Below, one piece after another: positions 46,038 to 59,297 of a stretch of 64,000 nt of DNA. Where the stretch lies: contig OZ024743.1 in the NCBI GenBank assembly GCA_964016885.1, positions 148,428,001 through 148,492,000 of the forward strand, in the 5' to 3' direction. Within the stretch, counting starts at the first letter, position 1, and the number at the start of each line of letters is the position of its first letter. The notes beneath the pieces are model-generated. The model was not told the origin of the DNA. It did no database searches and worked only from the letters and a program-made list of their open reading frames with translations. This stretch comes from Eledone cirrhosa (Eukaryota). The position numbers were made by a program, and so were the translations under genes.

Positions 46038-46303
46038 CGTATATGTGTGTGTGCAAATATATAATATGTATATATATATATATATATATACATACACTGA
46101 GACACACACATATTTTATGAGCATAGTGTATGTGTTTATGCATATGCAAACATTAAGATATGACTCAATTAGCCAATCTGATTGGATTAATGAAGACCAA
46201 TACTTAAGGAGAAGAAGAAAAAAAATCTGTTTTTTTCTTGTGTATATTTTGATACATGAGAATATTTCTCATTGCTTCTATATATAATCAATCAAGAACA
46301 TAC

Positions 46304-46402
46304 GTTATCACCCTTGTGATGACCTAACCATATTTTCTCTCTATGTTTCATTTGTGTTTTTGCAGACATAATGTCTGCATGGAATTCATTTTCCTCATGA
46401 AC
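46304..46402 (-). CDS. Candidate 99-nt host exon (VHEENEFHADIMSAKTQMKHREKIWLGHHKGDN)
   Basis: TTTGTATTTTTGAACAG acceptor, GTATGT donor, open phase 0-0. Confidence 0.5.
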
Positions 46403-46819
46403 CTGTTCAAAAATACAAACTATGATTGGTTAAAGAGGTATTGAACATTTGTCTTATATGACATAGTTTGAATTGTTATCACAGCTATCATTCACTATCC
46501 ATTTAAATATGCTCATTGGGATCTTTATCACATATTTACCATACATGCATATGTTTATGGTGGTTCAGTAAAGGGTAGGGGTAGTATGTGTGTATGTGTT
46601 CCAGCATATGTGTATGTGTGTGTATGTATATATTTGTGATTATGTGTGTATAAATGTATTTGATAGATTTAGAGTGCCACGAGGCAAGAGAAATATCATA
46701 TTAATATAATGTTACTGACAGTGTGTAGAAAGATAATCAGATCTCAGCAGAGTTCTATGCAGGAGATATGAAGGTCAGGTCCAGATTTGGAAACAATAAT
46801 TCTGATTTCAAGTTCAATT

Positions 46820-47090
46820 CAGATCTCTTTAATTATTGGAGCTTCTGTAGTTTCAAATATATTTTCTTTGCTTGTGACAAAATCCCTGAGTTAAATGCTC
46901 AAATGTCTTATTGTTGGAATTCTTTCTCAAGATACTTCTATTTTTCTACACAAACATTTGTTAATTCTCTTATTATAAATTTTGGAAGTATGTAAACGCT
47001 TATACTTCACTGATGAGTTTATAAGAAAATTGAAACATGTTAGATGTCTTCTGTCCATACAGAAATAATATTAGTAATAAATTAATATTG
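46820..47090 (+). mobile_element. Possible PLE 3' remnant with decayed minimal HHR
   Basis: LLE...PELNAQ resembles a GIY-YIG C-terminus; CTGATGA...GAAACATGTT at 47010-47041. Confidence 0.4.
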
Positions 47091-47707
47091 CATTTTTTAT
47101 TCTTTGCACCAGGAATTTGATGATTCCTTGTTCAAAAAGGTTATCTCATTTTGAATGATACACTCTCAACCATCACTCACTTAATTCAGTGGAACATCCA
47201 ACGATGTGACAGTTGGTACGCCAACATTGGTCTAGTACTTTTTTATCGATGCAGAGACCCAGAATAAATATCCAAAGCTCTTATGACTCAGAAATTGATG
47301 TCTAGTAAGTAGAAGCAAAACAAATTAATTAAGTCTAAATGTAGAAACTGAAAATCATAGGAAATATATGGTCATCTGGTCATAAGAATAAAACTGCAGA
47401 AACAAAAACACATTGGAAAGTTGGAGTGTTGATAAATTTACAAGGAGTATTGAATAACTGCAACCCTAAAAATAAATGTGTTCTCTTGATACAAGGCGTA
47501 CACACACACACACACACACACAAATACAGACAAACACACACACAAACACACACAAACCACAAGACAGAACAAAATGTATATATCAATTCTTAACTTTTTT
47601 CAGTTTTTTAACAAAACCCAAACACGGATGTTTCAACACAATTGAACCCCACCTTAATACCCACACAAAACACACACATGTCAAAAATGCCCTCTGAACC
47701 GTAATTA

Positions 47708-47890
47708 TGAATAATTGTTTCTACTTTAGGCACAAGGCCAGCAATAACCCAGTGCATTACTGGTACTTTATTTTATCGACCCCGTAAGGATGAAAGGCAA
47801 AGCCAACCTCGGCGGCATTTGAACTCAGATCGTAAAGGGACGTAACTATGCTTGAAAGCATGGCGTCCGACCCTCTACCGATACTGCCAA
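47708..47890 (-). mobile_element. tRNA-derived SINE (family of 21755-21940)
   Basis: High similarity to 21755-21940; A/B-box-like head on the minus strand. Confidence 0.85.
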
Positions 47891-48222
47891 ATAAGAGTAT
47901 TTCCTATTTTTAACCAAGTGAAGTTAATTGAATCCTGACCTGTTGAAGACCACTGCCAACTTCACCACTGCACCTTCATAAAAACATATATATGAAGAAA
48001 TTTTCACAGAAATTTTATATATATTCAAGCTGCTTGCAGAATACATAAAAACACATTTTAAAAAGATTTAATATTAAATATTTGGTAAGATTGTTATACC
48101 AATCGAAACTTGTTATATTTAATGCAACAATTTTGAAATTATTTATTCTCTCAGATTAAAGAAAAAATTATCTTTAAATATACTGCTGTGTGATTTCACC
48201 CTCACCTTATAACTTATAACTG

Positions 48223-48254
<32 letters not shown>

Positions 48255-48324
48255 GTGTAGGTAGTACAGTGAAATACTGGTGATGGTACCAAATCAAGTA
48301 CTCTATGCACAGGCAGAGTATATA

Positions 48325-48563
48325 TAATAGAAAAAAATGAGGAAGTTTCGTTTACATATGAAAAATATTTCTTGTGTATTGACATGTACGCATGTTTCAC
48401 AGAGGATTGGCTAAAGTTGACCCATAGGAATTATGGACCCAACTCCAGTATCAAACTGCTCATCAGACTGGTGATGTGTGAGTCAATCCCCTGCAAAACG
48501 CGCATGACAGGTCAATACACAATAAATATTTTTCATATGTAATCGAAACTTCCTCGTTTTTTC

Positions 48564-48569
<6 letters not shown>
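48325..48569 (-). repeat. Foldback repeat (about 88-bp arms) containing a decayed hammerhead (48382-48472, minus strand)
   Basis: Minus strand ACCAGT-CTGATGA-GCAG...CTGT-GAAAC-ATGC-GT-ACATGT; the other arm gives CTGC-AAAAC-GCGC-ATG-ACAGGT. Confidence 0.7.
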
Positions 48570-48637
<68 letters not shown>

Positions 48638-49309
48638 TTAATGGTAGCCATGGTGCTTCCATAGGCGGTATGCCATTTGAGCACTCTACGTTCTTACAGA
48701 GCAGAGTGTAATATAATATAAAAAAACGAAAAATCAGTGAATGATCTAGACTCAGTTTATTGCGTGTTACAATTCTTTCGCCGACAGATAGCTTGAAACA
48801 CGATCATTGTATGGGTCTGCCTGATTCTATAACTGCGGGTTCTTCGGACACATGCAATGCTTTCGGAGTAAATTTTCTCACTGGGGTGTTAGCTTCAAAA
48901 ACACCTTCAAAAAACATTTTCCACTCTTGTCTTGCCATTGGCTGTTGTTTTTCTACGTCATCATAAATTATGGTCAATATTTGCTGCCACACTGGCCATC
49001 AGCTACTCTCCGTCCGACACACTTATGCTGGGTTTGGTATCTCACAAGTCCGCTCACTCTCACAAATATATACCCACACATACACACACACATATAAATA
49101 CACATACACATACACACACACGCAGACACATACACATATATGCATACACATATGTACGCACACATGTGTAGACATACACACCCATATACATATACACACA
49201 CACACTCTCTCTCTTACACACACCCACACACACCCACAACCATATACACACCAACACACACGTCCACTGGCGCCTGCCTATATACCCCCATACATCCGGC
49301 CTATCCCGA

Positions 49310-50763
49310 TCCCCTTTGACAGCACGTACATGGGCTTACTGATACTCCACATCAACTCGTTCGTTAGACGACAGAAGGACACAACAACACGCGCCCGTTG
49401 CCCCCCAGGACCGCCTAAAGCAGATATTTAGATCTAGACGACACCCGCCGCATAACGCACAGCTGGAAGAATTTGAAAATCGTATAATCAACATCGTCCG
49501 TAACATCAAATCCGTGGGAATAGTACACGGCGTACGAAATACCTCAGGAATCTCAGCTCCACAATCAAAAGCATGGAAGAATGCTTGGATTTACTTGTGC
49601 CCTCGGACAAAACTGGTAATGTATACATACTTAACCGTTTTACATACAACGACTGCCTCGGGAAAGAGATTAGGAAAAATTATAGGACCACAGGACAGAC
49701 AAACTTAGATAATATTAACGCCACGACCAAAAAAATACTGATGGGTCTAGGATTAGATGATAGGACCGAAGTATATGTACCTAGAAAACCTCGGATATCT
49801 ATTAAGGACCATAAATTAGGATGTAGAGCTAACCTACCGGTTAGGTTGATAGCACCCTCAAAATCTGATATAGGTAGGACCAGCAAGAATATCATAGACA
49901 GGATACTACCGGTACTTAGAAACAAAACTAGGCTTCCTAAACCCCAGCCAGATGGAGCGTATGAGGAAGCGCATATCGCATTTTTTTAAACAACACGGTT
50001 TATCCGTGACGATAGATCCTAGCACTAAGGCGGTGAATTTCCTGGACGTTACCTTGGAAATGAATACGGGCATCCACCGACCTTATCACAAGCCCAACGA
50101 GAACGTGCAATATGTGAACAGGCAATCGAATCAACCTAAGTCAGTCATAGAAGCTATAGTTAAAGGGGTATCCAAACGCATATCCACCCTGTCAGCCAAC
50201 ACAGACGTGTCTAAACAGCACGCCGAATATTATAGTGAGGCACTGCGCAGGGCCGGTTACACAGAAACCATAGTGTATACCCCAGACAGGGAAGAGCCAT
50301 GCGCCGAGGCGTGCGGATACGACAATAGTGAGGGCGCTTCCATAGGTAGAAGGAATGACCCGGTAGCAGTCTCTAATAAAACGAATAGCAACACCTGGCC
50401 TGGTAGTAGTAGTAGAGCACAGACAGCAGCATCACATAGATTTAAAGGGACTAGCTGAAGAGCCGACAACGTAGAACGAAATACCTTAGTAACTGAACTG
50501 AAAGGCATAACCTTGACGCCCACAGCAGGCACACAAATAGAGACATTATGGGCGGGAAAAACCCGAGACGGACATCAGGTCCAGGGCACACTCACACGAC
50601 TACACACACACGAAAGAACAGGACTAGATCTAAGGCCCTTACAAGGGTTAATGCGCCATACTCCAAGCATGTACGCAGCAACGTGCCAGGGTTTTTCTCC
50701 AAGCGTTAGACGAGTGCTTGCCGCCGTCGAACAAATACCAACAAAATCTTCAACCGCCACACG
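49310..50763 (+). pseudogene. PLE reverse transcriptase, frameshifted, catalytic core deleted near 49935
   Basis: SDKTGNVY, ISIKDHK and PVRLIAPSKSDIGRTSK fused directly to the thumb region VNFLDVTL..RPYHKPN; no MGS or YRDD motif in between; KIFNRHTVK linker. Confidence 0.88.
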
Positions 50764-51600
50764 GTGAAGTTTTCCTTCTCCACAGCACCTAGCATGGCCG
50801 ACTACATGGCTAAAACTAACGTGGTAAAGATGGAGAACATCGACCGTCAACCGAGGCGGCAGAATGACCGTCTATCGGAGCGCGGAGGACCATTCGGGGA
50901 CCGGCCTTCAAATAACAACCCGGCCCCCGAGGCGGCCGACACGCCCGTGGAAGATGATATGATCCAACGCCAGGAGGGAACGAGTGGCGTGGGGGAGATC
51001 ACGGTGCCGGCAGAACAACACCCTGAGAATCCGGAGAGGGACTTAGCAGATCGAGGGCCAGGCGTCAGAAGAGAACGAAGTAACAACAGAACTTGTAACT
51101 GCAGAGCGGGCACCCAGTTCCCCCTACCGGGAAAAAGCCTGACGAAGGACCTGATATACAAATGTGTGGTTAGAAACCAAAATAAATATCGCACCTACAT
51201 CGGCGCAACTTCCAAGACCTTTAAATCGCGGATATATAACCACACGAAGTCCTTAAAGGACCGTAGCAAGAGGCACTCCACTAGGTTAGCGGACCTGGTG
51301 TGGGACCTGAAAGACCAAGGCACCCTGTACGCCCTTGAATGGAGTACCGTTTGGTATGCGAAGGCATACTCGGCTGGAAGTAGAAAGTGCCATGTATGCC
51401 TATACGAGGACATGGAGATAGTCAGACTGAAGGATGACGCGGTCAACCTGAAGTCTGAAATTGTCATGACCTGCAGACACCAGAGAAGGTGCACATTCGC
51501 AGCATGGTATCCTCCGGAAGCTCAGGCTAAATGCATCAGACGGAGCACGCACAGACCTGAGCGGCGAAACGGGTTTAAGGGACCTGACACCATACCCTGA
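50764..51600 (+). CDS. PLE linker and GIY-YIG endonuclease (open 278-aa frame)
   Basis: CNCR..PLPGK.L, LIYKC..TYIGATSKTFKSRIYNH, CHVCLYE and VNLKSEIVMTCRH. Confidence 0.9.
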   Translation: MKFSFSTAPSMADYMAKTNVVKMENIDRQPRRQNDRLSERGGPFGDRPSNNNPAPEAADTPVEDDMIQRQEGTSGVGEITVPAEQHPENPERDLADRGPGVRRERSNNRTCNCRAGTQFPLPGKSLTKDLIYKCVVRNQNKYRTYIGATSKTFKSRIYNHTKSLKDRSKRHSTRLADLVWDLKDQGTLYALEWSTVWYAKAYSAGSRKCHVCLYEDMEIVRLKDDAVNLKSEIVMTCRHQRRCTFAAWYPPEAQAKCIRRSTHRPERRNGFKGPDTIP

Positions 51601-52093
51601 TGACATTATATGCCCCGTGGGGTAAACCAAAATAACCCAAGATGCACACCTGACTACGCACGTCACCTTAGGCAGGTACATTGCCTACGCCGGGACAGAC
51701 TGACCCGGATTCCATGGTCGTTCAGTCAAATACCCTACACATATAGGACAACACACCCCACCCAAAGTGACATAACCCAATATGACCAGGCTACGCGCCC
51801 CCATGAATGTGTACCTCTTCAATCGTGAATACATACTCTCCACGTGTTCCACTTTGGGACACTTATTATTATTGTTTGTTCCGTACACAGACCTAAGTTT
51901 GCATCTCATACTCCCCCTATGTGGTATATCACATGAATACATGCACCTTCTCCCCTCCCCCCCTTGTTATATATCTCTATGTGAAGTTACATGCATATTT
52001 TAATGTATTTTAATATATCGTAAATTTATTTTATTGTTTTTATGTGTGTATATGCGTAGACCTGTGCGTATGTATATCTATGTGTGTGTGTGT

Positions 52094-52185
<92 letters not shown>

Positions 52186-52462
52186 ATATGTGTGAGTATA
52201 TATATATATTAATATACATATGTGTAGATATGTGTGTATATATATATGTGTATATGTGTGTACGTGTGTGTATATATATGTACGTGTTACGGGAATGTGT
52301 ATGGATGGATTATATATTTATTTTATTGTATATTTATTTTATTATATATCTATTATAATGTATATTATATTTTTATTTTATTGTATATTTTACTTTTATT
52401 TTACTGTTTTTATATGTGTATATGTGTAAGCATATGTGTGTATGTAAATATACATATGTGCA

Positions 52463-52530
<68 letters not shown>

Positions 52531-52564
52531 GGTGTGTGCATGTAGAGTTTTATATATATGCGAA

Positions 52565-52600
<36 letters not shown>

Positions 52601-52601
<1 letters not shown>

Positions 52602-53694
52602 GATCGAATTCCCCACTGAAACTTTTCGTGAAATAGTATTTTCAAGACTATACAGAGCATTTGTAGTTTTTCCAAATTGAAGGATGAGTATTTTAAACTT
52701 TATTTTATCATGAGTTAAGGCTCTCTCTCTATATATATATACATATGTATATACATATATATATATATTTATATACATATATATATGCATATATATACAT
52801 GCGTATACATATATATATGTATATATAAATATATAAATATATATAAACTTTATGTTATCATGAGGTAAGGCTCTATTGATTTCTCACTGGATTTCACTAA
52901 ATTCTGTTGGATAAATCTATATCCTGATTCTTTTTGAATTGAGTTTGAATTATTTTTCCCACATCTTACGTTAACTATTTTCCCATTTTGACGCTATAGA
53001 CACTTATATATTATGGAATACTATTGGCTTCTTGCTACAATAATTTCTATACTTTTCATTTATAGTTATACTCGGATTTCGTTCCTAGAGTGCTTAAATT
53101 ATTTGTGACTAATCCCCGTCTTTTATTTTTAAAAAACCGCGATAATATTGCTTTTTGCTGAACTCCTTATCGTAGAGTTTTTTTCGGAATGTTTTTGACT
53201 GTTGTTTCATGTAAACAAACATTCGTCTCATTCTGACGTCACCAGCTCTGTTTCCGCATGTACGTTTTATTTTCATAATCACGCATGATGTTGAACTAAC
53301 CTGCTTTTAAATTCCCTTTTTGGCATATTATAATCAGTGAGATTTTGGCTATCGTGTTGAGCTCTGCTGAGGATCGGATTCCAACCGTGACCAACCCAAC
53401 TGAAAGTTTTCGTGAAATAGTATTTTCAAGACTATACAGAGCATTTGTAGTTTTTCCAAATTGAAGGATGAGTATTTAAAACTTTATTTTATCATGAGTT
53501 AAGGCTCTATTGATTTTTCCCTGGATTTCACTAAATTCTGTTGGATGAATCTATATCCTGATTCTTTTTGAATTGAGTTTGAATTATTTTTCCCACATCT
53601 TACGTTAACTATTTTCCCATTTTGACGCTATAGTCACTTATATATTATGGAATACTGTTGGCTTCCTGCTATAATAATTTCTATACTTTTCATT

Positions 53695-53698
<4 letters not shown>
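52601..53698 (+). repeat. Partial tandem repeat (about 300 bp shared by 52614-53065 and 53399-53698) inserted in (TA)n
   Basis: Direct repeat starting ACTGAAA.TTTTCGTGAAATAGTATTTTCAAGAC; first copy has a microsatellite-associated internal duplication. Confidence 0.8.
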
Positions 53699-53741
<43 letters not shown>

Positions 53742-53800
53742 AAGTATCTGTGTGTATATATGTGTGTATATGTATGTATATATAAGTATGTGTGTATATG

Positions 53801-53831
<31 letters not shown>

Positions 53832-55304
53832 ATATATATATGTGTGTATATATACACGTATATATATATATGTGTGTATATATACACGTATATATATATA
53901 TATGGTATGGATGCATCTATATGATTATAATGTTTATATCCGTGCATGTGTAATACAAGTTACTTCTTTAGGTATGACGTTAAATGCATATTTATTATAT
54001 AGTAGCTATTTTTTATAGATGTGTATGTATGTGTATGTACGTTTATATGTGGGTGTGTATGTGTGCGTGTGTACAGATGTGTATGTATGTTATGGGTATG
54101 TGTGTGTGTATATGTATATGTATGTTATGTATATATGTATATATGTATATATATATATATATATATATACACTTATTTTCTATTTTTTCTATTTTTCTAT
54201 TTGCTTACTTATTTATTTATTTATTTATTTATATGTGTGTATGTATGCTTGCATGTATGTGTATGGACATATGTGTATGGTTACATGGTTAATATTTGTG
54301 CATGTATAACAGGAAGCATCCTTCCATGGTTGACCCTGTATGACCTTTTGTGCAGATTTATATGACTGTGAGTATATCACATTGGGGTAATGACAGAGAT
54401 ATATACATGCGTGCGTGTATCTTCTTTGTGAATGTACGTGGACACGGAGGTAATTGGACGCGTATTTGTTGGAATGTATATGAGCCAGTGAGTGTGTGTG
54501 TGTGTGTGCGTGTGTTTGTGAGTGTGTGTGTGTGTCTGTGGGTGTGTGTGTATGCGTGTGCATGTGCACCTACATAGGGCAGGGTTTGTTTGTATGTTTA
54601 TGTGCGTGTACATATACATATGTGTAGATATATATACATGTCTGTATGTATGTGTGTAAGTGTATTTGTGTCTTTGGAAGTGTGTCTGACCTTGTGCCTA
54701 TCAATAAGGACAGGCCTGTATGTGTGCGGGTGTGTGTCTATGTAAATGTCTGTGCGTGTTTGTGTATATGTGCAGATGTACGCGAACGCTGTTATGTGTC
54801 CTTGTATGCGTGTACGTGTGTGTGTGCGTGTGTGCGCATGTGCGTGCGTGTGAGACCGGATGTATGGGGGTATATAGGCAGGTGCCAGTGGACGTGTGTG
54901 TTGGTGTGTATATGGTTGTGGATGCGTGTGGGTGTGTGTAAGAGAGGGAGTGTGTGTGTATATGTATATGGGTGTGCATGTCTACACATGTGTGCATACA
55001 TATGTGTATGCATATATGTGTATGTGTCTGCGTGTCTGCGTATATGTGTATGTGTATTTATATGTGTGTGTGTATGTGTGGGTAAATATTTGTGAGAGTG
55101 AGCGGACTTGTGAGATACTAAACCCAGCATGAGTCCATTGAAGTGTGTCGGTCGGAGAGTAGCTGATGACCAGTGTGGCAGCAAATATTGACCAGAATTT
55201 ATGATGACGTAGACAAACAACAGCCAATGGCAAGACAAAAGTAGATGTTTTTTTAAGGTGTTTTTTGAAGCTGACACCCCAGTGAGAAAATTTGCTCCGA
55301 AAGC

Positions 55305-55404
55305 ATTGCATGTGTCCGAAGAACCCGCAGTTATAGAATCAGGCAGATCCATACAATGATCGTGTCTCAAGCTATCTGCTGGCGAAACAATTGTAACATG
55401 CAAT
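55305..55404 (+). ncRNA. Type I hammerhead with variant CCGAAGA core in PLE pseudo-LTR
   Basis: ATTGCATGTGT-CCGAAGA-ACCCGCAG...CTGCTGGC-GAAAC-AATT-GTA-ACATGCAAT; inverted copy at 48759-48858. Confidence 0.75.
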
Positions 55405-55443
55405 AAACTGAGTCTAGATGCATCACTGATTTTTCGTTTTTTT

Positions 55444-55487
<44 letters not shown>

Positions 55488-57051
55488 TTAAGTTTGGTGG
55501 TTAACCACTGGATAGAACTGGTCATCCCGTATAGCCAACCATTATGTAATATTAGGAAAAGCACTCAACGTAATGCAACTTATCCATCTTTGATGTTGAA
55601 TCTTGTTGGTGGTGCGAGAACAGAGTTAATTATTATTGAGTAAAATGACAGGAGGCCGGACTGGGGAAATTCCTTCAAAGTTTTATTTCTGCAAACACTA
55701 TATACAATTCAGTGGCCAGGTTATGTAAGATCCTGGCGACATCATCAGTTTCATATTGCATAATAGTTATATAATAAAGAGCGTATAAGAAGAGAAAGCA
55801 GAGAAAAAAAGAACCGAAAAAAGTTTTTGAGTTGAAGGCGATCAAGCAGGCCAGTTGTTGTCAGTGTGCCTGACCGCCTTCGAGTGGGAACCCTCATCTA
55901 TTTTGTCTTACCGGTTAGGTCAGGGGATTGTATGCTTAGTATTTTTATTGCCACTACCCTGCCATTCACTGCTATTTGGACACATGCTAGTGGTAAAGAA
56001 GATCAGGTTGCAGAGAAATATGTTCTCTTGGGTCAGCCTAAATTTCTATAAAAATAGAATGGAGGGGGTGGGGTGAATTCAGAACTTAGAAAGTGTTAAG
56101 TTTAAAATTAAAGTTAAAATTAAAGATGTAAAAATTAAAGTTTAAAATTTAAAGATTTAAGTAAACAATTAGGAGAAGAATGCATTTATATAAACATTAA
56201 ATATATCTTTGATAGTCATAATAAAAGGTCTAGTTCCATCACTGTGTTTGTGATGTAGAGAAACCAATGTGGCTTGTCTTTCGTTAGCTATTGAGATAAT
56301 AGCTTCACAGTACTGCAGGTTCATAAACCCACGAACACTTCCGAGTAAAATCTCATATCAAGAATAGGGAAATTTCTATTATTTCCAAGCACTCCAGGAA
56401 ATGGCCACAAGCTCATGCTCCGAATGACCAGGAAAGTCGGTGCAGTTGGCTGGTGATGCAACGTATGCCAGACAGTTAGTAATTACAAATACTAGTTATG
56501 TTACTGTTTCTAAAGATATAGTTGTGTAAAGCTGAAGCGTAATAAACAAAATAAAAATCAATTCAACTAGATTAGATCACTACATAGCTTTGGGTTGTTT
56601 GTGTTGCTCGATATTATATTCCTAGTGGGTGTGAAATAGTCCTGAACTATTTTATATAAAGAAGTGTGGTTTGGCGTTCAATAACCAGTCAATTGATGAT
56701 TTTGTAGTCTACCCAAGGTTGAAGGGCCTACCAACCATTCTGAGTATTTTCGTCTACCGAAAGAAAGGGAAATCTAGGAAAGTGGACAGACCCAGGTGTT
56801 GCGAGTGCAAATAGGACAGCCGTCACAACCAGTCGTTGATCCAGCATATACCAAATAATTATTAGTTATTCATATCAGTGATGTTAATAATAGAGTCGTA
56901 GGAAAGCTTAAATGTAGTAAAATTAAATAAAAAATAAAAAAAGAGGCTGTTTGCATAATTGCAAACGAATCGAATATTATTATTAATATTCGAAAAACTC
57001 AGATTACATTTATTGTATTCAGCCATGTAGAGCGATCATTTTCTTTTTATT

Positions 57052-57096
<45 letters not shown>

Positions 57097-58769
57097 CAGC
57101 AATATAACCATCAGGGCATTTTCTGCTAGTCTAAGTATCTATTTCTTTGTGTGCAATTAATGATATAGATATGTATGAAAAGGGATGTCTTACATTTTTG
57201 AGATGCAAATGATGCAAACAAAGTATTTTACTGTGCAGTTTATCTAATTTAATTCTTTGACATATCTTCTATTAGACTATGACCCACTCCAACTTAATCA
57301 AAGATGGGATAAGAACCAGTAATAAACAGAGGCATGATTAGAACAACCCAGCAAAGCATAAAAACATTTTTTTTTATCTACTCCCAGTTACTCCTTAGTC
57401 TGCATTCTAGGAGAGCATTGTGCAGTGAATCATTTATAATTAAAAGACAAAACTTCTTTTGTAATGGGAGAACAATATAAAATGACAATGACATTTATTT
57501 TGCAGTATATTTACTTTCAAGCGTAAATAGAATATTTATTTTTGCTGCCATTGTTGCTGGTGTGGGTACACTATGTGTATGTATGCAATATATACACATT
57601 ATATTATATCATATACATACACACACATATATATATACACACACATGTATATATATACACATACAGATACACACACACATATATGTGTTGGTTCTCTGAA
57701 ATAGTGATGTATATAGGAATCTCCAGGTGATATAGTTATAAACGAATGGTTTTCACTCTGGTGGTATTACATCCCCTATAATTGAACAAACATCTTTTTA
57801 TGTATTTTTCTCGAATCGAAACCTTGAGCTCATTAAATTATAGGGGATTAATGTGAGTCTTTAACTCGGTTTTTTATTTTATATATATATATATAATATA
57901 TATATATATAGTTTGAAATAACAAAAAACAAACAAACGCAGGAGTAAATGTCACATGGTATTATTAGCTTCATGCTTGGTGAGAGTAAGGGGTGTGTGGT
58001 TACGACCTTTCGGACATAAGCCAGGAGAGGGGGGGGGACTCCGAGAAGGAGTTAGGAGAGTGTTAGCGGTAAAAACATGAAAGGACGGGAAAAATAGAAA
58101 TAAAAATGAATATAGAACATGAAGCGGAAAAAATGAAATATATAAAGACAACAGAATTAAAACAAAAAAACAACAGAATATTAAAAAGTGAGAGGGGTGT
58201 ATGGATCCGGGAAGGGACGGCTGTGGTAGTGCGTGAGAGGTGGGTGGAGGTTGAGAGAGAAGGGGAAGGAAAAATGGAGACCGATTGTGGATGGTGGAAG
58301 GTGAGGTGTGTGTGTGGATGTAAGTGTGTGTGTGTGTATGCGTGGAGGTAAGTGTGAGAGTCTGGGGGAGAGTGAGTGTATGTGATTGTGGGTTTTGAAA
58401 AACCATTGTGTGTTGGAGTGAAGTGTAAGTCTGTGTGTGTATAGTCCCTCTATAGGTGTAGGGGTGTGTGGATGGAAAAGGTTGGATGGGGTAAGAGGTG
58501 TGTTTGTGTGGTTACGAGAAGATGATGTGTGTTCGTGGTTCGAGTGAAATGTGTAGTTACATGTGTGCGAAAATGGTGCAAGTGTTTGTGTGTGTCTAAG
58601 TTTCTGAATGGGTGTCGGCGTGTAAAGTTCCAGAGGTAAAATCGCGTCGATATTGAAGTGATAGATTCCTTGTGGTAGGGTATATATATATATAGATATA
58701 TATATATATATATCATTCATATATATTTTTTCATTCCTATATATTTTTCATTCATATATATTTTTATTT

Positions 58770-58956
58770 GTCTGACCCGATTTTCTTGGTCGTGTTTTCG
58801 GCTGTGCGAATGATTGTTTAAGCATCGTCTCAGTGTGTTGGTATTTAAACGTTAGTTATAGCTCTGGTTTATCCAAACTATTGAGCACTTTGCCACACAT
58901 TTCGAAGATTATGTTTCGTTATTTCGTGGGCCGAGGTTCCGATTCTCGATAATTTA
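58770..58956 (-). repeat. Dispersed repeat, inverted homolog of 63043-63225
   Basis: Reverse-complement similarity over about 185 bp; both copies abut (TA)n. Confidence 0.75.
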
Positions 58957-59058
58957 TATATATATATATATATATATAATAACGAAGGATATGTGGTAAG
59001 GAACCAGATGGACCATAACGCACTAAAGTACTCAATACTTAGGGTAGTAGAGTGGGTA

Positions 59059-59297
<239 letters not shown>

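Larger units (their letters stand above)
48718..55450 (+). mobile_element. Penelope-like retroelement with inverted pseudo-LTRs (48718-49300 / 54855-55450)
   Basis: About 590-bp inverted repeats, each with an HHR, bracket RT and GIY-YIG remnants. Confidence 0.8.

Noticed and set aside
51594-51630. CTGATGA overlapping the GIY-YIG stop codon
   Set aside because: Followed by TAAAC rather than GAAAC, with no stem I or III
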